From Methanotrichaceae archaeon (GTDB taxonomy: Archaea > Halobacteriota > Methanosarcinia > Methanotrichales > Methanotrichaceae), in contig JALHSR010000285.1 of the NCBI GenBank assembly GCA_022865315.1, positions 1,626 to 65,625 of the forward strand: DNA of 64,000 nucleotides, read 5' to 3'. How positions within the stretch are numbered: the stretch's first letter is position 1; the number at the start of each line of letters is the position of its first letter. Both the position numbers and the translations under genes were made by a program. The notes under the pieces are model-generated. The model did not search any database, was not told the origin of the DNA, and saw nothing but the letters and a program-made list of their open reading frames with translations. Of this stretch, positions 29,035 through 37,151 are shown piece by piece.

Positions 29035-30143
29035 AGTTGCGCCTCAAATTCATTTATAGTTTGGGCAATATATTCAATATCGTCCTCTGTAAGGGATGGA
29101 TGAACCGGGAGACTCATAATTTGGCTGCAGACTTTTTCTGCCACGGAACAAATCTTCCAATTGTCACTCATTTCTTGGTAGATAGGCTGTCTATAAATGG
29201 GCTTAGGATAATGGATGGCCGTGCCTATGCCCTCGGATTGCAGAAAGTCCATTAATTTCTCCCTGGCCACAGGAAAATCCTCTTTCACCTTTACTGCATA
29301 TTGGTTATATACATGTTTTACATCATCAATTTTGTAAGGTTTGGCGATCCCGGTTATTTCGATCTTCTTATTGAGCAATTCTGCATTGCTAATTCTTTTC
29401 TTATTAAATTCATCGAGACGCTTGAGTTGGATTAGGCCCAGTGCTCCCTGTAGATTCATCATGCGATAATTATAGCCCAGTTCAACGTGGTTGTATTTAC
29501 CCAAATCCCCGTGGTTTCTGAGCAACCGTAGCCTTGCAGCCAAATCATCATCATCTGTAGTGATCATTCCTCCCTCTCCCGTAGTCATATTCTTTGTGGG
29601 ATAGAATGAGAAGCAGCCTATTCCGAAGCTTCCTACCTTTTTGCCATTATATTCTGCTCCATGAGCCTGAGCGCAATCCTCAACGAGAATGAGATGGTGG
29701 TCTTCACATATTTCCTGAACAGCTTTAACCTCGAAAGGCTGGCCATAAAGATGAACACCAATTACAGCTTTAGTATTAGGAGTGATCTTTTCTTTCAAAT
29801 CTTCTGGATCAATGTTGAATGTCCTCGAATCCACGTCCACAAACACAGGTTTAAGTCCCTGGTAAAGAATGCAGTTTGCTGTCGCTATAAAGCTAAAGGC
29901 TGGCGATATAACTTCATCATCCTGTCTTAGCCGCTTAGCCTTAAGGGTTAGGTCGAGAGCTGTAGTGCCATTGCTAACGGCAACTGAGTTCTTCACGCGC
30001 AAATACGAGGAAAATGCCTCTTCGAATTTCTTTACTGATTCACCTTGCGTAAGCATGCCAGAGGCCAAAACGTCTCCGACCGCTTCTATTTCTTCTCTGC
30101 CTATGATCGGCCTAGCAATTGGGATAAAATCTCTCATCAGCAT
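29031..30143 (-). CDS. DegT/DnrJ/EryC1/StrS aminotransferase (WbpE-like)
   Basis: IPIARP, NGTTAL, VHLYGQ, EDCAQAHGA, SFYPTKNMTTGEGG, GYNYR. Start is uncertain (30137, 30143 or 30182). Confidence 0.9.
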   Translation of the reverse strand: MLMRDFIPIARPIIGREEIEAVGDVLASGMLTQGESVKKFEEAFSSYLRVKNSVAVSNGTTALDLTLKAKRLRQDDEVISPAFSFIATANCILYQGLKPVFVDVDSRTFNIDPEDLKEKITPNTKAVIGVHLYGQPFEVKAVQEICEDHHLILVEDCAQAHGAEYNGKKVGSFGIGCFSFYPTKNMTTGEGGMITTDDDDLAARLRLLRNHGDLGKYNHVELGYNYRMMNLQGALGLIQLKRLDEFNKKRISNAELLNKKIEITGIAKPYKIDDVKHVYNQYAVKVKEDFPVAREKLMDFLQSEGIGTAIHYPKPIYRQPIYQEMSDNWKICSVAEKVCSQIMSLPVHPSLTEDDIEYIAQTINEFEAQL

Positions 30144-30296
30144 CTCCTTTGTACAAGAATATCGTTCATTGCATGCTGCCATTTGAGGTCTTCCAATAAT
30201 AACTATTGTCTTAGCATAATTTTCACTATATTTTGGAATTCAACCTCTAAGAACCTTCTAAAATAAAATTGATGAAATTCCTCCGAGCATCCCCAT

Positions 30297-31493
30297 TTAT
30301 GAGCAAACTAGGCCTTTAAGAGTTGCTGCTGGAAGGCTCCTAAAGTGTGATTCGATTACTGTTCCAGGAAAGATAGTAGTATTTATGCCTGTCTTGACAT
30401 CATCGCCCATGATTACACCCAATTTCCGCCTTCCGCTATCTACTCTATTGCCTTTTATAAAAGACCATATGTTTGCGTTATCGTGTCTGAGGTTGGCTAT
30501 TATTGTGCCAGCTCCCAAGTTGCAATTTACACTTATAATGCTATCTCCTACATAGCTCAGATGACCTATCTTGGTTCCATCCATTATTGTGCTATTTTTT
30601 ATTTCCACTGCGTTGCCAATTCTGATTTTATCCCCTAAGCAAGTAAAAGGCCGAATGTAGCAGTTAGGGCCTAGATCGCAGTTATTGCCTATAAGAACAG
30701 GTCCCTCAATATACGATCCAGACCTGATTATAGTTCCTTCGCCTAATGAGATAATACCTTTGAGAGTTGCCCCAGGCTCAATTTCACCATGGATTGACGG
30801 CTTCATCTTGAAAAGAAGCTTTTCATTTGCTTCTAAGATATCCCATGGTCTGCCAATTTCCATCCAATCTTTCAGTTCAAATATTCGAATTTTCTTTTTT
30901 GAAGCTAAAATATTTAATCCATCCGTGAGTTCATATTCACCTCTTTCTGATAGCGGTGCCCTGCACAATGCTTCGAAGATATCATTCGATAATAAGTAAA
31001 TACCAGCATTTACCATCTCTGACGGAGGTGATGGGCTCTTCTCAACTACAGATTTCATATATGATCCCTTTGTCAAAAAAGCGCCATATCTGCCTGGATC
31101 AGGAGCGCGTATTGAGGCGACAGCGAATTCTTTTGATTGTACCATTTTCTTTAAGGTTATTGCGTCAGCCAAAATATCACCATTTAACACCAAGAATCGA
31201 TCTTCAGCTAAGGATTCAGCGGATTCCAGTGCATGGCCTGTTCCCAATTGTTTCTCTTGAATTGCATAATCGATGCTTACGCCAAGGGTAGAGCCATCTT
31301 TAAAATGCTCCTTGATGTATTCTGCACCATACCCAACAACTAAAACGAACTTATCGATTCCAGCCTGAATTGCTCTGAGCATTATATGCTCTAGCAATGG
31401 CTTGCCAACAATTGGAAGCATTACTTTGGGGCGCTTCGCAGTCAAAGGCCACATCCGGCTACCTTCGCCAGCGGCCAGAATAATTGCCTGCAT
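30297..31493 (-). CDS. glmU: Bifunctional sugar-1-phosphate nucleotidyltransferase/acetyltransferase (archaeal GlmU, paralogue 2)
   Basis: QAIILAAGEGSR, LGTGHAL, EIKNS, HLSYVGDS, GAGT..ANLRHD, SGRRKLG. Confidence 0.9.
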   Translation of the reverse strand: MQAIILAAGEGSRMWPLTAKRPKVMLPIVGKPLLEHIMLRAIQAGIDKFVLVVGYGAEYIKEHFKDGSTLGVSIDYAIQEKQLGTGHALESAESLAEDRFLVLNGDILADAITLKKMVQSKEFAVASIRAPDPGRYGAFLTKGSYMKSVVEKSPSPPSEMVNAGIYLLSNDIFEALCRAPLSERGEYELTDGLNILASKKKIRIFELKDWMEIGRPWDILEANEKLLFKMKPSIHGEIEPGATLKGIISLGEGTIIRSGSYIEGPVLIGNNCDLGPNCYIRPFTCLGDKIRIGNAVEIKNSTIMDGTKIGHLSYVGDSIISVNCNLGAGTIIANLRHDNANIWSFIKGNRVDSGRRKLGVIMGDDVKTGINTTIFPGTVIESHFRSLPAATLKGLVCS

Positions 31494-31901
31494 TTCGAGT
31501 ACCTGCGCTGTGTTAACGATAGGCGGGATAAAAACCTTTGCAACTGATGAGAAAATAATTGGAGTTACAGGGTATCTGGCTGAAGGATTTCAAACGACAT
31601 TGATCAATCTGAAGGATCATACACCAATGACATATATTTCTAAAAACTAAAAAAGACTTATACAGCATGAATTGAATCGGAAACGATGCATTCTGCCAGA
31701 GGTTTTCAAAGGAATCCATTGTTTGATGATGCTAGAACGTCAACAGAAGGCTGTATCATCGACAGGGATTTGTCTTATGATAGCGATTTATCTTACGTCT
31801 CAATGCATTTGATCAATGGGAAACTAACTAGATTTCAACAATATTTCGGGTGTTGAGAAAAAAAATAAGAAAATAGATTCTTTCACTCGTTGGAATTTAG
31901 C

Positions 31902-33638
31902 CTAAGGCCATCCTCTCTTCTTCTTATAAATCATTAGCATCTCCTTTATTATCTCGGGATCAATTTTGCCAAGAGTGCTAACTGTTTCGTAGAACCTTTT
32001 CGGTATCCTTTGATTGGAAATATTAAAACCCTCTCTTGTCTTAAATCTATATTTATCTTGAAATATTTTTACTCCTAGATCGTTTAACTGTTCAGAGGTT
32101 TTCTCCAATCCTACCGCGGACAGAGCTAAAATAATATTCTCCTCCGTGTAGACGTTCCTCGCAAATAAACATCCGACCAATGAGTTGAATATACCGCGGT
32201 AATTGTCTTCCATGATAATTTCATCAACTATCTGCTCCAAATCGAGTTGCTTTTTGGCGGCTTTCTGGTCGATACTGTATCCAGCATTATCTAGATGAGA
32301 ATGCCTTACACCTACCATCTGGCCAACTATTGAAGCAGGGCCTGTATGGTAGCCAGAAACCTCATTTCCTCCCAGAGCCATGGCAAAATCTTGCCCTCCA
32401 TACTTGGTTGATGCATATTCCACACCTTGACCAAGAGTTGCATAAAATTCATTTGAAATTTTAGCAATATTCTCCAAAACATTGCGATAGCTCTTCACAT
32501 TGCTCCATTGTAATGGTATGCCCATTGTGTCTTGCGGGGTTATTAGGTCATGCTCGTATGCTTCAGTGGCCCAGCTCATGACAACGCCTGCTGACATGAC
32601 ATCTAGACCTAGGCGTTCGCATGTATCAATAAGCTCCAAAACGCCTTCTGCTGACGAGACTCCTAAATTGGAGCCAAGAGAATAGATGGGTTCATAATCA
32701 TAAGATACTTTCCGCACTTCGAATTCATGGTGTTTCGAAAAGGGTGATTTCAGGGAAGCGATATGGATGCAACCGATAGGGCAACCGGCACATGAGAGTC
32801 TTCTGAAAAGGTAGTTGTCAGCAAACATCTCGCCACTTATCTTCTCTGCTTCAGGAAAGCTAGATGACTGAAAATTCTTGGTTGGAAGCCCTTTCAGCCA
32901 ATTGAGAACATTGATATTTACTGAAGTGCCTATGTCGTGATATTTCTCCATTGCGTCAGTCTGTACGGTTTCACGATAAATCTTATTGTACACTTCTCTA
33001 TATCTTTTCGGATCTGGAATGTCGACATGCTCTGTGCCAGAAATTACCATAGCTTTAAGGTTCTTGGATCCGAAAGATGCTCCCAAACCTAGCCGGCCGA
33101 AGTGTCTATAGGTATCAACGACGACTCCTGCAAATCTTACAAGGTTTTCTCCCGCTGGGCCGATGCGTATTATGCTGCGACGTCCGACGCCTGTTTCGCG
33201 CTCCCGCAATATCATTCCCACGGTCTGGGCATCGATACCCCAGACTGAAGTGGCATCTTTAATTTTGACGTCTGCATCGTTAATGCTGATATAGGAAGGT
33301 TGATTCGACCTTCCACGAATTACGATAGCTTCGTGACCCGCAAACCTCATGGCAAGATGAAGTCTTCCTCCAGCATACGACTCTCCCAGCTCTTTGGTCA
33401 AAGGTGATTTGAAAGTGGCAACCGCCTTTGTTGCGACCGGGAACATACCATTAAGAGGACCTATGCTAAGAATTATTGGAGCCTCTGGCGAAAGCGAATC
33501 TACGCCAGGCTTGCACTCTTCTAGAAGGAGCTGAATGCCTACGCCTGTACCGCCCATCCATTGCTCGAATAGATCATGTCTCTCCTCGATCCATATTTCT
33601 TCTTTGGAAAGATCGATGTATAGGACTTTTCTAAGCAT
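31902..33638 (-). CDS. Aldehyde:ferredoxin oxidoreductase (W/Mo-pterin AOR family)
   Basis: KSPLT..LGESYAGG, IGPAGENLV, GR.GLGA.FGSKNLKA, CAGCPIGC, DYE, CERLGLD, GCLF. Confidence 0.92.
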   Translation of the reverse strand: MLRKVLYIDLSKEEIWIEERHDLFEQWMGGTGVGIQLLLEECKPGVDSLSPEAPIILSIGPLNGMFPVATKAVATFKSPLTKELGESYAGGRLHLAMRFAGHEAIVIRGRSNQPSYISINDADVKIKDATSVWGIDAQTVGMILRERETGVGRRSIIRIGPAGENLVRFAGVVVDTYRHFGRLGLGASFGSKNLKAMVISGTEHVDIPDPKRYREVYNKIYRETVQTDAMEKYHDIGTSVNINVLNWLKGLPTKNFQSSSFPEAEKISGEMFADNYLFRRLSCAGCPIGCIHIASLKSPFSKHHEFEVRKVSYDYEPIYSLGSNLGVSSAEGVLELIDTCERLGLDVMSAGVVMSWATEAYEHDLITPQDTMGIPLQWSNVKSYRNVLENIAKISNEFYATLGQGVEYASTKYGGQDFAMALGGNEVSGYHTGPASIVGQMVGVRHSHLDNAGYSIDQKAAKKQLDLEQIVDEIIMEDNYRGIFNSLVGCLFARNVYTEENIILALSAVGLEKTSEQLNDLGVKIFQDKYRFKTREGFNISNQRIPKRFYETVSTLGKIDPEIIKEMLMIYKKKRGWP

Positions 33639-34118
33639 TTACGCTAGCACTTCCTCTAATTTTAGAACATCGTGCGGACAGAAATCCACGCAAGCCCCAC
33701 AATGAATGCATTTGATAGGTTTGCCATCTTTGCACAATGATATAGCTCCTATCAGACACGATTTTTCGCATTTTCCACAGCCTGCACAAAGTTCTTCATG
33801 GAAGACAATGTTGCCATCGGGTTTTCGTTCTAAAGCGCCATTTGGGCAAGCTCGCACGCACGGCGGATCCTTGCAGCCTCTGCAAACTACCACCATAAAG
33901 TCCCCTTCCAATCCTCCTCTCGTGAGGATCTTGATAGCGCTATCTTGAAGGGAGACGCTTCCTCGGCGTATTCTGCTGCAGGCGAACATGCATCCTAAAC
34001 ATCCAATGCAGCGCTCAGGATGGGCAACTTTAAGCCTGCGTTTCTTCTTGCTTTTTTCTTCTATTTTAGTTGGCTCTGCTTTTCCCGGCAAGACCTTGGC
34101 ATTAGAATTTTGGGGCAT
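33639..34118 (-). CDS. Multi-[4Fe-4S] ferredoxin-like small subunit
   Basis: CIGCLGCMFAC, CRGCKDPPCVRACP, CAGCGKCEKSC, KCIHCGACVDFCP; stop directly abuts the AOR ATG. Confidence 0.9.
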   Translation of the reverse strand: MPQNSNAKVLPGKAEPTKIEEKSKKKRRLKVAHPERCIGCLGCMFACSRIRRGSVSLQDSAIKILTRGGLEGDFMVVVCRGCKDPPCVRACPNGALERKPDGNIVFHEELCAGCGKCEKSCLIGAISLCKDGKPIKCIHCGACVDFCPHDVLKLEEVLA

Positions 34119-34220
34119 CTCAAAGGACTCTCGGTAGTATTATCTCTTCTAATTATTAGCATAACTTACTATTAAATATTGATAGACCCTCATAGAGCCT
34201 GCGAAACCAATGAACAGGAT

Positions 34221-35336
34221 TTATTCTGTAGGAACAAACCTATCGCTTAATTTCTTCATCACATGAGGCAAAGTCGTGTATTCCATATCTTCCATTGGTA
34301 AGCGGTGGGGTTCAAATGGGCCATGCGCTCTCATGTATTCCGTAATCTGCAGAGCTCTCTGTCTAGCAAGATCGAAAGCAATGTCCTTGAAAAGATCTAC
34401 GGGACCGACTAATTGACCGAATGCCAGCTGGAATCCAGCGGCAATAACTCTAGGAGGGCCATCGAATCTAGTTGGATGAGCAGTCTCAAAAGAGCAAGGC
34501 ATTAACGGACCATTGTGGCTGCCCCGCATCCATCCCGATACGAGATGACTTAATGCGAAAGGCTCTAGAACCTCACCTAATGCAGGCAGACCCGACTGAG
34601 ATCTAACTAGGCCGGCAGGATCATCTTTTCCTACATAGGTTCCTGCAGTTTGAAAGAGTTTCTCTGTGCTTATCACAGCAACTGCTTCTTCCTCCGGCAA
34701 TTTCCCGCCACTCTTCGGGTATACACGTTTTATTACGTATTTGCTCTTCGCACCAATCAAGGCTAATACGTCATACATTTCCTCGGGACATTTCATGAAG
34801 ACTTTCTTATGTGCCATTATGTCCCATATTTCGAATACAAATCCTTGATGGCACGCTGGATCTATTACTAAGCCAGCTGTATTAAAAGGATCTGCGAACA
34901 TGCGAAATATCGGCAGATTGAATGCTCCCGGCTCAGTCTTATCCATCATGAAAGCCACAATGGGCTCTGAAACGCGCTCGTTAAACTCCATTTCCGCAAC
35001 GCCTGGGCCCATTCCTCTGATATTTCCGCTAAAAGCATCGGATAGCAAGTCTTGACCAGCACCATAGAGCTTAAGCTTCTTAGCAGTCTCAGTGGCTTGT
35101 TCGAAGCACTCCCACGCTATGGCATGTATCTCTCCATTATCACAGCCATTTATGTGGGTCATAAGCAGCTCTAAGTCGTCTCCACAACTCATAACTCTAA
35201 AGTCGATCAGTGCGCCAGACTTTCTAACTTGTTCTAAATGCGATTCCGCGGTTCTAATTAAGTCGGGGTGGACTGATGAATGTCCAGGAAATCCACCTAC
35301 GTCTGCCTTGATTAGACTAAAAGTAATTTTTGTCAT
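34221..35336 (-). CDS. fbp: Fructose-1,6-bisphosphate aldolase/phosphatase
   Basis: IKADVGG.PGH, GDD, LYGAGQDLL, GNIRGMGPG, DKTEPGAFN, YVGKDDP, GWMRGSHNGP, MEYTTLP. Confidence 0.96.
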   Translation of the reverse strand: MTKITFSLIKADVGGFPGHSSVHPDLIRTAESHLEQVRKSGALIDFRVMSCGDDLELLMTHINGCDNGEIHAIAWECFEQATETAKKLKLYGAGQDLLSDAFSGNIRGMGPGVAEMEFNERVSEPIVAFMMDKTEPGAFNLPIFRMFADPFNTAGLVIDPACHQGFVFEIWDIMAHKKVFMKCPEEMYDVLALIGAKSKYVIKRVYPKSGGKLPEEEAVAVISTEKLFQTAGTYVGKDDPAGLVRSQSGLPALGEVLEPFALSHLVSGWMRGSHNGPLMPCSFETAHPTRFDGPPRVIAAGFQLAFGQLVGPVDLFKDIAFDLARQRALQITEYMRAHGPFEPHRLPMEDMEYTTLPHVMKKLSDRFVPTE

Positions 35337-35504
35337 CTATTTATCCCATTGTGCAAACGCCGTTGGTATGCGGCTAGTTGGCTTTCCTTCATTCCATATA
35401 CTATTTACCGTTTTTGTGTCTGAGTTTTTCGATCAAGAATGTGCAATCCTTATATCTTATTCTAGAAAGACTGAATGATAATATTGTTCAAATAGGAGTC
35501 GATT

Positions 35505-36665
35505 ATGGAGTTGATCGCAAAATATCGCATTGAATCAGATCTGCCAACTGACAAAGCTGCAGCAGCCATAGCTGCCGAACAATCTACAGGTACATGGACA
35601 GATGTGATTGGTACAGACAACCCGTTGGCTGCAAAGGTGATCATTGCCAAAGGGAATACTGTGGAGATAGGTTTTACCGAAGAACTATTTGAAAGAGGCA
35701 ATATTCCGCAGTATCTTTCTGTGATAGCCGGAAACCTCTTCGGTTTGGAGGCTTTGAAGAAGGTTCGATTGCAGGATGTTATCTTTCCAAAAAGCTTAAT
35801 CAAGGCCCATAATGGCCCACGTTTCGGGATAGAGGAGGCGCGAAAGATTATTGAAGTTCTTGACAGGCCGCTCGTTGGTACAATAATTAAGCCTAAGGTA
35901 GGATTGGATCCAAAGGGTACGTCTGAAGTTGCGGCGGCAGCTGTTCGGGGTGGATTAGACCTCATTAAGGATGATGAAACCCTTACAGATCAGGATTTTT
36001 GCCCAATGGTAGATAGAGTTGAAGCGGTTATGAACGCTCTTGATAAGGTAGAGCATGAGACTGGAAAGAAAGCGTTCTATGCAGTTAATGTAACCACGGG
36101 AGCAGATCAGATTCTTGAAAGGGCTCAAAAAGCCGTTGACCATGGCGCCAATATGATAATGATCGATGTGCTTACTGCTGGCTTCTCAGCTTTGGAGGTC
36201 TTATCAAGAAATCTTAAAGTTCCAATCCATGTGCATAGGACTATGCACGCTGCTTTTACGAGAGACAGGGCCCATGGAATAAACATGGTAGTGATTGCCA
36301 AATTAGTAAGATTGGCAGGTGGGACCAATCTCCACACCGGAACTTATCTAGGCAAGATGGCACGCGAGGTAGAAGAGAACGATGAGTCTAGAGATGCTTT
36401 AAGAAATGATTGGTACGGACTAAAACGCGTTTTCCCTGTAGCATCCGGTGGCATCTATCCTGCAAACGTGCACGCCAACCTTGATGGTTATGGAATTGAT
36501 TGCATTATCCAGGCTGGAGGTGGTGTGCATGGCCATCCTGATGGAACAACGGCGGGAGCAATTGCAATGGTCCAAGCAGTGGAAGCATGGATGGAAGAGA
36601 TACCTCTTGAGGATTTCGAAAAAGACCACAAGGAATTGAAAACAGCCTTAAAATATTGGAAATAA
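35505..36665 (+). CDS. rbcL: Ribulose-1,5-bisphosphate carboxylase large subunit, short archaeal form III type
   Basis: AEQSTGTW, GN, GTIIKPK, KDDE, HRTMH, HTGT..GKM, VASGG, QAGGG..GHP: the catalytic residue set of true RuBisCO. Confidence 0.85.
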   Translation: MELIAKYRIESDLPTDKAAAAIAAEQSTGTWTDVIGTDNPLAAKVIIAKGNTVEIGFTEELFERGNIPQYLSVIAGNLFGLEALKKVRLQDVIFPKSLIKAHNGPRFGIEEARKIIEVLDRPLVGTIIKPKVGLDPKGTSEVAAAAVRGGLDLIKDDETLTDQDFCPMVDRVEAVMNALDKVEHETGKKAFYAVNVTTGADQILERAQKAVDHGANMIMIDVLTAGFSALEVLSRNLKVPIHVHRTMHAAFTRDRAHGINMVVIAKLVRLAGGTNLHTGTYLGKMAREVEENDESRDALRNDWYGLKRVFPVASGGIYPANVHANLDGYGIDCIIQAGGGVHGHPDGTTAGAIAMVQAVEAWMEEIPLEDFEKDHKELKTALKYWK

Positions 36666-36710
36666 TTATGAAAAATGTTACGAAATCGGCTAATTTTGCC
36701 AGTACAAAAC

Positions 36711-36725
36711 CGAAGAGTTTATATT
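36711..36725 (+). promoter_or_regulatory. BRE/TATA promoter of the ATP synthase operon
   Basis: CGAAGAGTTTATATT about 100 bp upstream of the first gene. Confidence 0.5.
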
Positions 36726-36824
36726 GGTAGATGAGGATGGTTTTGAGCGTTTATCACGAGTCAAGTGATGTAGCGCTGTTTGAAAATGTATAGTTGTAGA
36801 GAGGGAATTATGTAGAGGGATCAG

Positions 36825-37151
36825 ATGGCTAGAGACGATATATTATCGGAGATCAAACAGGCGGAGGCGGATGCTAGAGCAAGTGTCCAGCAGGCTTTGG
36901 AAGAAAAGGATAAAAAGATAGCCGCCGCTACAACGGAGGCAGGGAACCTCGTCAGGACTGCGGAAGCAGAATCCCAAGACTACTATGACAAGAGCTTAGC
37001 AAAGGCAGCGGATGAAATAAAGAATAAAAAACAATCGATAATCCAGAGCGGAAATGCGAATGTCAGTTCTTTAGGCAACAAAGCTATCTCAAATCTGGAT
37101 GGAGCAGTAGAACATCTGATGAAGGAGTTCATGAGGTTGTTGCATGCTTAG
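36825..37151 (+). CDS. atpH: A-type ATP synthase subunit H (peripheral stalk)
   Basis: ILSEIKQAE.. coiled coil, first gene of the operon, overlaps atpI. Confidence 0.85.
   Translation: MARDDILSEIKQAEADARASVQQALEEKDKKIAAATTEAGNLVRTAEAESQDYYDKSLAKAADEIKNKKQSIIQSGNANVSSLGNKAISNLDGAVEHLMKEFMRLLHA

Noticed and set aside
31513..31719. 68-aa ORF between glmU2 and AOR
   Set aside because: No RBS or recognisable motif; it occupies the likely glmU2 promoter region
35505..36665. RuBisCO-like protein (form IV) call based on short length
   Set aside because: Catalytic residues including the loop-6 Lys and the HR.MH motif are retained
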